Assembly: GCF_009914755.1 (NCBI RefSeq)
Contig: NC_060935.1
DNA length: 64,000 nucleotides
Reading direction: 5' to 3' (one strand)
DNA from: the human T2T-CHM13v2.0 reference genome, Homo sapiens
Positions 14,640 through 31,282 of the stretch are shown in pieces. Position numbers and translations under genes: made by a program. Under the pieces are notes generated by a model. That model worked only from the letters and a program-made list of their open reading frames with translations. It had not been told where the DNA came from and made no database searches. Numbering within the stretch: position 1 is the first letter of the stretch; every line of letters starts with the position of its first letter.

Positions 14640-14850
14640 AGAACTATCAAGTGCCGTGAAAGGAACATGGGTTTTAGAGTCCAAGACTCTGGGCTTGCAT
14701 GCTGGCTCTGCCCCCATGTGTGCCCTTGGGCACTTCTGAATCTCCTCTTCCTCTTCCTTTTCCTTTTCCATAAAAAAGAAATGATAACCAGCTTGAGAGG
14801 TCATGAGGATAAGATAAGCTAAGATTAATGAACTTGTCAGGTACACAATG
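14640..14850 (+). mobile_element. MIR
   Basis: AGAGTCCAAGACTCTGGG...TGTGTGCCCTTGGGCA...TGAGGAT. Confidence 0.6.
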
Positions 14851-15459
14851 GCAATGGGAAAATGCTAGCTTCCTCCCTTCTCCTGAGCAGCTGGACAAGG
14901 AAGGGGGTGGGCGTCAGGGGGAGCTTGGGCAGCAGATGTCACATTTCAACGTGTTCCTCCCTAGCTCAGGCTGCAAGGCCTGGGCACTGAGCCCACTCCA
15001 GCCTGAATTCTCCCGACAGCTGCTCAGCTTCTCTACTTGTCCTTGCTCATGACTCCTGATTGAACCAAGAAAAGCCTCTGCTTTGCTCCAGTGACAAAAA
15101 AATAAATAACAAGAATGATGTAACATGTGTCTCTCAAGGCCATCAGCCACAGAGAAAGTCCAGGCTTCCGGATCTGTACCCCAAATCCACACCAGGATTC
15201 CAAACCAATCCCCTGCTGTCCCGTGGATTCTGGTAGCTCCTGTGTTAACCCTCTACCTGCAGGCAGCTCTGCCTCCCCCTTGTCTTGTGACCAAGGCCAC
15301 CAACACTGTCACTGAGGCACAAAATTGGCTGGAGGCAGGAAATGAGTTCCTAAGCACTAAGTCTTTGCAACCTGATCTTTAGTAATAATTTATTACTACA
15401 TTATACTAGTTTAATTAGTAATAACTAATTATTAATACTAATTAAATTACTGGTTTATT

Positions 15460-15700
15460 CAGCAATAAATAAATAAACACTTATTGAGCACAATATGCCA
15501 GACACTCTTCTAAACTCTTTATGTTAACTTTTTTAATCTTCACAAACACATTTTGAAGTAGGTACTGTTCATAACCCCATTTTACAAAGAAAAAACTGAA
15601 TTTTAGGGAGTTTAATTGCTGAACCAAGGCCACAGAATTGGTGAGTTGCAGGTAAAATTTGAACCCATTTCTGCAGATGTCAAGTTGTGTTTTTTTGTCT
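15460..15700 (-). mobile_element. MIR
   Basis: CACTTATTGAGCAC..ATGCCAGACAC...CCCCATTTTACA. Confidence 0.75.
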
Positions 15701-16029
15701 TTCCATCATGCTACTGACACCCAAACCAAATGAAACTGGCAGCCCGGATTCTTTCAGAGAGATGTTGTAAAAGAGTTCCCCCAGCAACCTCACCTGTTAA
15801 ACCCCCAAATTAAGTCTGAAGAGCAAAGCAGGAGTCTGACTGCTCTTCAAAGGGAGAGATGTCAGGAAGCATGATGTAGTGAAGCCTCTCTCTGCTAGGT
15901 GCTAGAAGTGTACTCCTAGACCTGTCAGCGGCCCTCTTTGGTATTCAGGATCTTCATCTGTAAAAGGAGAAGATAAAAGTAATTTGGCTTCGACAAGATT
16001 CCTTCCAACCCTGACATTCCATAATCCTA

Positions 16030-16375
16030 TGAAACAGCTACCATTTATTATTTCCTCTGTGCCAGATACTGTGCTGAGTATTTCACATAATCGCAAAATC
16101 ATCACAGCCAACAAATAGCTGTGATGGAGCTGCAAATGATGGAGCACTGCTTATTTGCCAGGCTCTGCTGTAAGTACTTGCCCCTGTATTATCTCATTTA
16201 ATCCTCAGAACAACACTAAGAGGAAGGTATTATTATCCCCACCACCCTCAAGGATCTAAGGCTCAGAAGAATGATACAAAGCTACTCAAAGTCTCCCAAT
16301 CATTAAGTGCTGCTCTTGGGGTTTGAACCCAGATTTTTCTGACTCCATAACCCATGCTTTTAATCACTGTACTAC
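16030..16375 (-). mobile_element. Two adjacent MIR fragments
   Basis: TGTGCCAGATACTGTGCTGAG and TATTATCTCATTTAATCCTCA...AGGCTCAGA. Confidence 0.65.
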
Positions 16376-17266
16376 TTCAAGTGCCCCCTCAACGTCAGGC
16401 AAGGGCAGACACCAGGAATAGGCTGTGTTGGTTTTTGGTTGCCCCACTGACTATCCATCTGCAGTTGTTTTTCTTCCATTCTGATCATCAATCATAGTGT
16501 GACTTAAATGGGTCAGGATAAGGAGTCCCCAGCTGCCATGCACAGCCACAGCAGCCACTGCCCACAGTCCTTTCTGTGGGCTTTCTGGGCAGCATTAGTG
16601 GAAAGTCCTATCTGTGAAGTAAACTAACAAGATTGGGGGAGGGGTCCCCTTATTTATTTAATCATCACTCCCCAAGGCTAAACTGGTGGCCTGGCAACAG
16701 TGAGTATTTTCTCTGAGCTCAGAAGCCAACTCCAAGTGTTCAGGGTGAACAGGTTGGGAAACTTGAGAACCACACAGACATCAGGAAAAATTCCGTGAGT
16801 GGTTGTCTGTGGTGAAATGATGATATGGCCCTGAGTTTGCTCTCCCCAGGAGAACTTGGAAGCTGCCCCCTTTTCCACCTCCCACCTCACTTGGAACTAA
16901 GTAAACCAAGAAATTCTAGGAAGCAGCCCAACCTGAAAGAGCTGGCTTCTCCAGGAAAAGAGAGGGGAGGGTGAAGAGACCCAGGGTCTGTCCGTCCCAA
17001 GGGGATGGTCAGTCACAGAAGTCACTGACCAGCACTCCAGGCCAGATCTCACTGGTCCGGCCACAGATTTTTCTAATCCTGTGAGTTGAACTGCACCCAA
17101 ATGACTGCAGATGGGATCAGAGATGGAGGTCTCACCAGTCAGAGGAAAAGCATCCAAGTATCAGGAGAGATGCATAGTTCCAAGAGGAGCCATCTAAAAG
17201 CAGGCAGAGTTTGAAAGAAACTTCCAATTAAAAAAAAAAAATGCCTTTCTGTGAGGTCACTCCCTG

Positions 17267-17680
17267 TGAGGCAGGAGAATAGGGTCTGGAGGCAGGGAAC
17301 ATAAAGCCGATTCATGCTGACTTCCTAGAACTAAATCAAATGGAAACACTTCAGCTATGACAGGAAATACCCTCTCCATTTACACAGGGCATACACTGAG
17401 TAAATGACTTTGTAACTTCTTTGTAACTTTGCTTCTTCCTCTTCATCTACATAGGGTGTAACCAAGTAACCAATGGAAACCTCTAGTGCATATTTAAACC
17501 CCAGAAAATTCTGTAACAGGGGTCTTGAGCCCCTGTGCTTGGCCCGCTCCCACCCTGTGGAGCGTGCTTTCATTTTCAATAAATCTCTGCTTTGGTTCCT
17601 TTATTCTTTCCTTGCTTTGTGTGTTTTGTCCAATTCTTTGTCCAAGATGCCAAGAACCTGGACACCCTCCACTGGTAATA
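17267..17680 (+). mobile_element. MER61 (MER61B-like) ERV1 solo LTR
   Basis: TGAGGCAGGAGAATAGGGTCTGGAGGCAGGGAAC start, CCAAT, TATTTAAA, AATAAA and the CCAAGAACCTGGACACC end. Confidence 0.8.
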
Positions 17681-18039
17681 ACTACAACCAAGGTCACCAC
17701 ATCACACTACCTGTACTTTGCTCCCCAAAAACAGTTGCTAGCATTTATTCAGAACCTTCTCTGTTCTATCAGTTAAAAAAAAAAAACCCTAGTAATTTCT
17801 GGAACAAAATCACAAATATACTCACTTTCACAAACAGTGTAGACATGTCAAGAATCCTATTTCTTACCCACAAGAGGACCAGTCTTGTCCCTTTACTGTG
17901 TGTTTTTGATTGCACTGGTCACTAAGTTTTTTCTCAGCGAAACAGCACCTTATCAATACATCATTGGTATAGGTTTGTTGGCTTTCAATCATAGTGGTAT
18001 CATTTTATTCCTGGGCCCCAAGGGAATTTGGGGCCACAA

Positions 18040-18179
18040 GGATCTGATTTCAAACTTCAGCTCAGCCATTTTATTTCTTCAAGACCCTAAACAAATAACC
18101 TATGCTTTCTCAGCCTTAGTTTTCCCATCTACAAAAATGGAGCTAGTCCTAGCACTACCTACCTCAAGAAATTGTTACA
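18040..18179 (+). mobile_element. MIR 5' part (split by the L1; the 3' part resumes at 24223)
   Basis: GCCTTAGTTTTCCCATCTACAAAAATGG...CTACCTC, continuing after the L1 TSD as AAGCTCAAAAGAGATAATGCATA. Confidence 0.7.
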
Positions 18180-19083
18180 GGAGGAGCCAAGATGGCCGAA
18201 TAGGAACAGCTCCGGTCTACAGCTCCCAGCGTGAGCGACGCAGAAGACGGGTGATTTCTGCATTTCCATCTGAGGTACCGGGTTCATCTCACTAAGGAGT
18301 GCCAGACAGTGGGTGCAGGTCAGCGGGTGCGCGCACCGTGCGCGAGCCGAAGCAGGGCGAGGCATTGCCTCACTTGGGAAGCGCAAGGGGTCAGGGAGTT
18401 CCCTTTCTGAGTCAAAGAAAGGGGTGACGGGCGGCACCTGGAAAATCGGGTCACTCCCACCCGAACACTGCGCTTTTCTGAAGGGCTTAAAAAGCGTCGC
18501 ACCACGAGATTATATCCCGCACCTGGCTCGGAGGGTCCTACGCCCACGGAGTCTCGCTGATTGCTAGCACAGCAGTCTGAGATCAAACTGCAAGGCGGCA
18601 GCGAGGCTGGGGGAGGGGCGCCCGCCATTGCCCAGGCTTGATTAGGTAAACAAAGCAGCGGGGAAGCTCGAACTGGGTGGAGCCCACCACAGCTCAAGGA
18701 GGCCTGCCTGCCTCTGTAGGCTCCACCTCTGGGGGCAGGGCACAGCCAAACAAAAAGACAGCAGTAACCTCTGCAGACTTAAATGTCCCTGTCTGACAGC
18801 TTTAAAGAGAGCAGTGGTTCTCCCAGCACGCAGCTGGAGATCTGAGAACGGGCAGACTGCCTCCTCAAGTGGGTCCCTGACCCCTGACCCCCAAGCAGCC
18901 TAACTGGGAGGCACCCCCCAGCAGGTGCACACTGACACCTCGCACGGCAGGGTACTCCAACAGACCTGCAGCTGAGAGTCCTCTCTGTTAGAAGGAAAAC
19001 TAACAAACAGAAAGGACATCCACACCAAAAACCCATCAGTACATCACCATCATCAAAGACCAAAAGTAGATAAAACCACAAAG
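18180..19083 (+). promoter_or_regulatory. L1 5'UTR CpG-rich sense/antisense promoter
   Basis: YY1 motif CAAGATGGCCG at about 18188 and many retained CpGs; promoter activity is an established property of L1 5'UTRs. Confidence 0.75.
18320..18628 (-). CDS. L1 ORF0 homolog (102 aa, C-terminally extended)
   Basis: MAGAPPPASLPPCSLISDCCASNQRDSVGVGPSEPG...RFSRC matches ORF0; ATG at 18628. Confidence 0.7.
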   Translation of the reverse strand: MAGAPPPASLPPCSLISDCCASNQRDSVGVGPSEPGAGYNLVVRRFLSPSEKRSVRVGVTRFSRCRPSPLSLTQKGNSLTPCASQVRQCLALLRLAHGARTR

Positions 19084-20100
19084 ATGGGGAAAAAACAGAA
19101 CAGAAAAACTGGAAACTCTAAAAAGCAGAGCGCCTCTCCTCCTCCAAAGGAACGCAGTTCCTCACCAGCAACGGAACAAAGCTGGATGGAGAATGACTTT
19201 GACGAGCTGAGAGAAGATGGCTTCAGATGATCAAATTACTCTGAGCTACGGGAGGACATTCAAACCAAAGGCAAAGAAGTTGAAAACTTTGAAAAAAATT
19301 TAGAAGAATGTATAACTAGAATAACCAATACAGAGAAGTGCTTAAAGGAGCTGATGGAGCTGAAAACCAAGGCTCGAGAACTACGTGAAGAATGCAGAAG
19401 CCTCAGGAGCCAATGCGATCAACTGGAAGTAAGGGTATCAGCAATGGAAGATGAAATGAATGAAATGAAGCGAGAAGGGAAGTTTAGAGAAAAAAGAATA
19501 AAAAGAAATAAGCAAAGCCTCCAAGAAATATGGGACTATGTGAAAAGACCAAATCTACATCTGATTGGTGTAACTGAAAGTGATGGGGAGAATGGAACCA
19601 AGTTGGAAAACACTCTGCAGGATATTATCCAGGAGAACTTCCCCAATCTAGCAAGGCAGGCCAACGTTCAGATTCAGGAAATACAGAGAACGCCACAAAG
19701 ATACTCCTCGAGAAGAGCAACTCCAAGACATATAATTGTCAGATTCACCAAAGTTGAAATGAAGGAAAAAATGTTAAGGGTAGCCAGAGAGAAAGGTTGG
19801 GTTACCCTCAAAGGGAAGCCCATCAGACTAACAGCGGATCTCTCGGCAGAAACCCTACAAGCCAGAAGAGAGTGGGGGCCAATATTCAACATTCTTAAAG
19901 AAAAGAATTTTCAACCCAGAATTTCATATCCAGCCAAACTAAGCTTCAAAAGTGAAGGAGAAATAAAATACTTTACAGACAAGCAAATGCTGAGAGATTT
20001 TGTCACCACCAGGCCTGCCTTACAAGAGCTCCTGAAGGAAGCACTAAACATGGAAAGGAACAACCGGTACCAGCCGCTGCAAAATCATGCCAAAATGTAA
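19084..20100 (+). pseudogene. L1 ORF1 with a nonsense codon at codon 49
   Basis: ATG GGG AAA AAA CAG at 19084, TGA (from CGA) at 19228-19230; the remainder is in frame to ...QNHAKM*. Confidence 0.95.
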
Positions 20101-20148
20101 AGACCATCAAGACTAGGAAGAAACTGCATCAACCAACGAGCAAAATAA

Positions 20149-23991
<3,843 letters not shown>

Positions 23992-24754
23992 ACAATGAGA
24001 TCACATGGACACAGGAAGGGGAATATCACACTCTGGGGACTGTTGTGGGGTGGGGGAGGGGGGAGGGATAGCATTGGGAGATATACCTAATGCTAGATGA
24101 CGAGTTAGTGGGTGCAGCGCACCAGCATGGCACATGTATACATATGTAACTAACCTGCACAATGTGCACATGTACCCTAAAACTTAAAGTATAATAAAAA
24201 AAGAAAGAAAGAAATTGTTACAAAGCTCAAAAGAGATAATGCATACAGAAAGCATCTAGAAACATAGTAGAGGCTCTATACATTTAATTATTTCCCCTCA
24301 ACTCCTTAAACTGGGCACAGGAAATATTACAGTAACTAAAAAACAAAAAACCTTGCATCCCAAACCCCACTCCTCTACCTCTGTTTCCTAATCCCACCAC
24401 CTATATCCCATCCCCACATTCTGGTCACCTGTGCTAAGAAAATATCTGAAAGTCTTCTCCTTCCCATTGTTAATCAGGGTAGCTCTCTAGGTATATTCAA
24501 GCACAAGGCTAGGGGACCCACATTGTCAAGACCCTGTGAATGCATCCACCCACAGGTCGATGCTTTGCTCCATCCGATATCTCAGTGACTCCAGGTCCTG
24601 CAACGATGCCCCTTCCCCGAGATGCCACAGCAGTATTTACCAATGCCCCTCTTTGGATGATCATTTGATAATCTCTCAAAGAGGATCTTATCTATTTCTG
24701 CCCAACTTCACCTCTCACCCCGGGAAAGACATTACACCACAAAGAATGATATTT

Positions 24755-24995
24755 TTTTAGCAAAAGTGATTAAGAGTTCAGGCTCTGAAATGAAGCAACC
24801 TCAGTCTGAATCTTGGCTTTGTCACTCACCTGCTTGACCTTGGCAGTGTTGACCTAACCACACCAAGAAGAAGCATGTCTTCCACGGGATGAGGGTACTA
24901 CAGTGCATACTGACAAGGCTACCATGAGGATTCATAAAAATCATTCACTTAAAATATTTAGCACAGTACCTGAAACATAGTAAATGCACAGTATA
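24755..24995 (+). mobile_element. MIR
   Basis: GTGATTAAGAGTTCAGGCTCTGAA...TGACCTTGGCA...GCACAGTACCTGAAACATAGTAAATGC. Confidence 0.75.
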
Positions 24996-25342
24996 TGTAT
25001 TAGTCTGTTTTTGCACTGCTGACATACAGGAGACTGGGAAGAAAAACAGGTTTAATGCACTCACAGTTCCTCATGGCTGGGAAGGCCTCACAACTATGGC
25101 GAGGGCAAAAGGCACTTCTTAAGTGGCAGTGGCAAGAGAGAAATGAAAAAGAAGCAAAAGCAGAAACTCCTTATAAAACCATCGGATCTCGTGAGACTTA
25201 TTCACTACCAAAAAAACAGTATGGGGGAAACTGCCCCCATGATTCAACTATCTCCTACCAGGTACCTCCCACAACATGTGGGAATTACAGGAGGACAATT
25301 CAAGATGAGATTTGGGTGGGGACACAGAGCCAAACCATATCA
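24996..25342 (-). mobile_element. THE1 solo LTR
   Basis: TGTATTAGTC...CAAACCATATCA with a 5-bp TSD, GTATA. Confidence 0.9.
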
Positions 25343-25619
25343 GTATACAGTTGTGTTATTGTGACCTGGCCATTGAAGATGTATAGACTTATAGACTATT
25401 AGCATTTGAAAACCCTCTCTCAAAAAAAAAAAAAAAAAAAGAGGGACAAGGATGGATGACAAAATTTAGAAAGAAAAAACTATTTCTAACAATTTTTTTA
25501 AAGAAAAGTGAAGCGCATGAATGGGTTGGTTCTGCTATAGATACTACACATAAATTCTCATTTAACTTTTATTGTACCCTTCGGAGGAAATACTTCCCTC
25601 AACAGAGGGGCAAACAGAG

Positions 25620-25950
25620 GCATGGTTAGGAACATATTACCTGAGTTTGAATGTCACTTAGTTGTGTTACCTGGGTAAGTGGCTTAATCTCGCTGGGCCA
25701 ATTTCTTTGTCAAGTAAAATGAGAATAATGGTACCTATAAGGTAGTAGTGAGGATTAAATAAGTTAATATATATAAAGCAGTAAGAAGAGTATTATGCAC
25801 ATAGTAAACACTCAACACATAATGTCTACTATTATCTTTTACAGAAGCTGAAACTGAGGTTCAATGAGGTAAATTGATTCATCCAAGCTCACAGGCTTGT
25901 AAGCAGCAAAGGTAGAATTTAAATCCAAGTCACTTTGACTCCAAAGCCAA
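25620..25950. mobile_element. Two MIRs in opposite orientation
   Basis: + strand MIR to about 25830, then a - strand MIR core TTTTACAGAAGCTGAAACTGAGG. Confidence 0.65.
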
Positions 25951-28054
25951 TGGAATGTTTCTTCCACTACTCTTTATCACCTGGTAAGAAAATATCCAGA
26001 CATTTTTCAAGGCAGAAAAGATGGGACCAGAGAATGTGGATCCTGGGAGTTAGAGAGAATGATGGGGTTCCTGGCAAATAAAAGAAATACCAGGAAAAGA
26101 GGACTGGTTTGGGAAGAAAGGTGATCGATGACATTATAGCATCAGAAACTAACTGTGCAAATCAAACAACAATGTTTTAGGTGATATTACAGCCTGTGAG
26201 TACAGTTGGCAACCACACCAATTTGAAAAACTTTTTTTGGGAGAGTTCCAGACACACTGTTTAAATTTTGATGAGGGGAGGGGCAGGGGGAGTCGTGGTG
26301 GCTGTATGTTTCTGTGGAGCTGGTTTTCCTGCGCACAGACCCTCCCTGGGGTCCAGCCCTTGGGGAGGCATCTTTCCAAAGCGCTAAAGCAAATACACTG
26401 GTGCCTCTTTGCTGGGCCCAATGCCTCCAGTTCACAGAACATGAAATCCTGGAGCATGGGAACGATGAAAACATGAGGAAAGGCAGCAAGCTGGGAGGCC
26501 ACAGTGGGGTGGGGTATTTATTCAAAGACTTCATGTGACTATCATTGGCTGTAGGATTCGCTGTGATTAATTTTCCTCTTCAGTGTTTGCTTGAGCATTG
26601 AGCCTATATTGCTTTGGCGATTAGAAAAGAAGTTGTTGAAACAAAACAATTAAAAAACGACAAGTGGTCATCTCTGAGTTGTGAACTTACAGGATGATTT
26701 GTGTTGCTTTGTGTGTTTTTTTGCTTTACTATATTTTCTTAGAGTAAAGCTATAAGCTTATGCTTTGAACATGTAATGCATTCGGGTTTAAAAGAAAAAA
26801 GAGCAAACGTTATTGAAACCCAAACCAGAATGATTTCACAAGAATGTGGGCTGTAACTACCTAGGACTCCCTGGCTCCTGTCACAACATGTTGAAGGCAA
26901 AATTAGGTAATGTCCTCCCTCCCTCAGTGAAAAGGAAAACCTGCCAAGACATGGTGGCTGCTCTCCCTGGAGTGCCGGACACAGGTAATTTATTCCACCA
27001 GCACCACTAAATTAAGGCACCAGTGCATTTTTTTTTTATTGTTGTTGCAGTTTAACTGACTAGCCTGATTATTTTTTAGCAAATGAAAAAAAAAACGTGT
27101 TTCCACCTGACACAAAGCTATGTTGTGTCGATTAGCTGCATTCTCCAAACCGGGAAGGAAACGTTCACATTCCCTAGAGAAACCTTTTAGGGATGTTGAT
27201 TCAAATGCAAACATATATCAGCTCTTCAGGGGTATAATTTCTGCCAGGAAAGAATAGACTGGCCCAAAGTCAATGCTGTCATTTATTTTTGTGTTTATTT
27301 TCTGGAAAGAAAGAGAGTGAGAGAAACAGGCAAGGAATAAGTTATGAAAATCAAGAAAAGTAGTGTCAACAATTAAAAAGCTATGATAATATCTAGGACA
27401 AAAGGGCCTAAAAATGGCTTTTTCCACCCCCTTCATTTTCCAAATGAGAAAGCTAGGCACAGAGAAATTAGGTAATTTGCCCATTTCAAACAGATATATG
27501 ATGATAGAAGCAAGAATAGAAGCCAAATTTCCCAATTCCAGGCCTGGCCCACTTTCAACTCTATACACTCTGCCTTCGGGTGCAGGGAGGTGTGTGTAAC
27601 CTACCCCATTCATTACAAAGGCCTTGACGTTTAAAGGATTAAACATTTGGATGATGCCTTGGGAGTATTTCTTCAAAGACAGTTCTCTCAAAAGAGATGG
27701 ATCAAAGAAGGCTGGTAACAAGAGGGGTCTGTATCAGTTAGGGTGTTTTCACATACCAGCAACAGAGAATCTGACTCAAATTGGCTTAAGTCATAATGGA
27801 AATTTTGTTGAAAATGCACCAGTATGACCACCTTCAGGGGATGTTTGTTCCCTCGGCTAAATCAAAGATGATCCAGTTTGTCTCCATCTCCTTGCCCTGC
27901 CTTGGGCAGTGGGATCTTCCTACAGATACTTTGTGGCCTTAACTCAATAACTCTTGGGACAAATTACTTCCCTTCCCTGGACCTCAATTCCCTAATCTGT
28001 AAAATACAGGGGTTGGTCACTAAAGGAGTCTAAGAGCCCTTCCACCTGTAATAG

Positions 28055-28450
28055 CATTTCTCAAAAGGTAGACTACAGACCACTTGCATGAGAACAGTTA
28101 CTTAGACTATTTGTTAAAATATGCATTCCTACACCCTAGCCCAAACCCACGAAATCACAATCTTCTGAGAGCACAGGAATCTGGGGTTTACAAACTCACA
28201 TAGAAGATCCTTGTGCTTCTTGAAGTTTCATAAACATTTATTTCCAAGGCAAGAGAGCCTAGAATGGGAGCAAATCACAGCTGGTAAGCCAAACCTTGCA
28301 TGAGCATTAAGAATGGCTTTTAAATTTTTAGTTGTCTAAAAAAAAAAACCTCATGCACAGAATATGGAACAGAGACCTTACATGGCTCATAACGCCTAAA
28401 ATATTTACTATCTGGCTCTTTACAGAAAAAAGTTTGCCAACCTCTTGTCT
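28055..28450. mobile_element. MER5-like followed by MER58-like hAT-Charlie MITEs
   Basis: TTTCTCAAA...TTGTTAAAATATGCATTCC; then CCTAAAATATTTACTATCTGGCTCTTTACAGAAAAAAGTTTGCCAACC. Confidence 0.7.
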
Positions 28451-29064
28451 AAAATAATGAGGTCATTGGATGGTGGAAAGAAAGGCAGGGGGTGGATCTG
28501 AAGAAGTTATAGGGCTGATCAGGCCAAGAATTCCTGGGAGCAGGAGTTTTCAGTGTTCCATCAGCTCCATGGAGAATCAAGCAAATAAAAAAGCATGCTC
28601 AAGTTCTGGCATTTAGCTTAGAAAAATCTTTTCCAGGGGATCTCCTGGGGTCTCTGGCTGGTCCATCCAATGTTTAATATTGACACAAAGAGCACCAGGA
28701 ACACAGTAAAGGCTAAGGAAGGACCTGGTCAACCTGCACTCTCTTTGCCCTGAAAGCCACCAGTCAGCTGTCATTTATATCATAGGGAACATTTTGAGTG
28801 CAGCCTGTTGTGGCTTTTTTCTATGCCTTCCCTCCAACCATACTGATCAGCTAAGGAAGAGGGTTCTCAGAGAGCCATTCTGGGTCTATGAGGTAATTTC
28901 ATAGGGACTTGGCCAGAAAGAGATCCCAGTTCTTTTCAGACAATGGACAAGAATGGCTCTACATTAGGAGCAATAGTAGAAAAGACCATAGCTCGTGAGT
29001 CAGACAGACCTAAGGTGAAGTCCTACCCTTGAACCTACTTGTTCTATGAATTTAGACTTGCCCT

Positions 29065-29557
29065 GCGTATGGCTATTTACACTTAAATTCATTAAAATTA
29101 AATAAAATTTAATATTCAGCTCCTCCATCACACTAGCCACACTAGTCAACTCACTATCTGCATGCGGCTAGTAGCCATCATATTAGACCATATAGATACA
29201 GGACATTTCCACCACTATAGAAAGTTCTACCAGGCAGGGTGCCGTGGCTCATGCCTGTAATCCCAGCACTTGGGGAGGCTGAGGTGGGCGGATCACTTGA
29301 GCTCAGGAGTTTGAGACCAGCCTGGGCAACATGGCGAAATCCCGTCTCTACCAGAAATACAAAAATTAGCCAGGCACGGTGGTGCACCCCTGTAGTCCCA
29401 GCTACTTGGAGGGCTGTAGTGACAGGATCACTTGAGCCCAGAAGGAGAAGAAGGCAGTGAGCCGAGGTCATGCCACTGCACTCCAGCCTGGGTGACAGAG
29501 CAAGACTATGTCTCAAAAAAGTAAAAAAAGAAAGTTCTACCAGACAAAGCTGCTGTA
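29065..29557 (+). mobile_element. MER3/MER33 MITE interrupted by an Alu
   Basis: ATGGCTATTTAC...CACACTAGCCACA...GAAAGTTCTA. Confidence 0.7.
29233..29528 (+). mobile_element. AluJ with TSD
   Basis: 14-bp TSD AGAAAGTTCTACCA; GGATCACTTGAGC J-type diagnostics. Confidence 0.93.
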
Positions 29558-29873
29558 GACAATCTTCCAACAGTCTGTTCCAGTCTGTCCTCTGCCTTTC
29601 TTTCCACCACCTAATTGTCTCATTACCCTAGGCTCCATTGCCTTGGAACAAATGGTTATTAAACTTCAACATAAGCCTCAATTTTCTCAGTTGTAAAATG
29701 GGCATAATAATGTATCTCTCAGGATTGTTGCGAGGATTGCAGAAGCTAGAGCAGGTAAAATAATAAGCACAATTGCCAGTGCATAGAAAGTACTCAGTAA
29801 ACGGCTCTTACTGTTATTGTGGACAAAATCTCAAGCTCAGTTGCTGTTGATATTCTCCCAACCTCCTCTAGGC

Positions 29874-30058
29874 CAGTGGTTCTCAAACTCTGACATGCGT
29901 AAGAATCACCTGGGGGTTTATCAAATTCCAGATTGCTGGAATCTTCCTCCAGAGTCTCTGATTAAGTAAGTCTGGGGATAAAGCCTGACAATTGCATTTC
30001 TAACAGGTTCCCAGGTCTTCATGAGGTAGCTCTCTGAACCACCCTTGGAGAACTGCTT
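29874..30058 (+). mobile_element. MER5A hAT MITE, complete
   Basis: TIR CAGTGGTTCTCAAA ... TTGGAGAACTGCT with a perfect 8-bp TSD CTCTAGGC (29866-29873 and 30059-30066). Confidence 0.9.
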
Positions 30059-30655
30059 CTCTAGGCAGCTTTTCATAAGCCATTACTGTCTCTCTGTTGG
30101 GGGGAGTTATTTCTTTGTGAACGTTGTTCTTTCCTAACCTTACCATTGTTAACTCATCCCTCCCACACCCAACCGTCTTCAAACAGCTATTTCCTCTAAT
30201 CCCCAAGAACCCCCTTTGTCTGCCAATTTTCCAGCCCTAACTCAGACTCCGATAAACCTGGCCAACAGCTTCCTTCTCACTCTCCACCCCCGAGTTTGTC
30301 GCTGGTTTTACTCTGTGCCGCCTCTTCCACCTTGCTTGTTGTTTGTTTGCTGTAGTATAACCATTGTTTCCCTGCATTTCCCAAAGTGCAGGACATGCTC
30401 CACTGTTGGACCTGAGGCAAATTTTTGTGGAATATCAATAATTTTGGATGATAACAGAGAAAAATGACACCGAACCACGTGGTAAGGAAGTTATTATTTT
30501 CAGTTCTCTGCAAACTCTACTGATTACACCAGGAGAAAGCCTCAGTCTGGAGCTGATGTATCTTTCTCCTCTTGCTAATAAACCTCCAGCTCAGAGCCTG
30601 AGTCAGGTAATTCCATCATCACCATCGTCATCATGATCATAAAAAAATAATGTTA

Positions 30656-31121
<466 letters not shown>

Positions 31122-31282
31122 TCATGGTCACTTGGCTGGAAAGTCAGAGAACCAGGATTCAAACCTAGACAGCGTATACAGAGCAGGTGCCCTTTAACCA
31201 CAGTGATGCTGTGCTGGGGTTTAGCAATACTGTTTTGTTTTCATGTGATTTGTTGTTACCCTCTTCTTATATTTTTGGCAAA

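Noticed and set aside
17267-17680. MER61 as a p53 response element
   Set aside because: Some MER61 subfamilies carry p53 sites, but I see no paired RRRCWWGYYY here (for example GGGCATACAC is degenerate).
27218-27721. 167-aa minus-strand ORF
   Set aside because: It overlaps a MIR (KLPNFSVPSFLIWKM is the MIR core) and has no recognisable domain.
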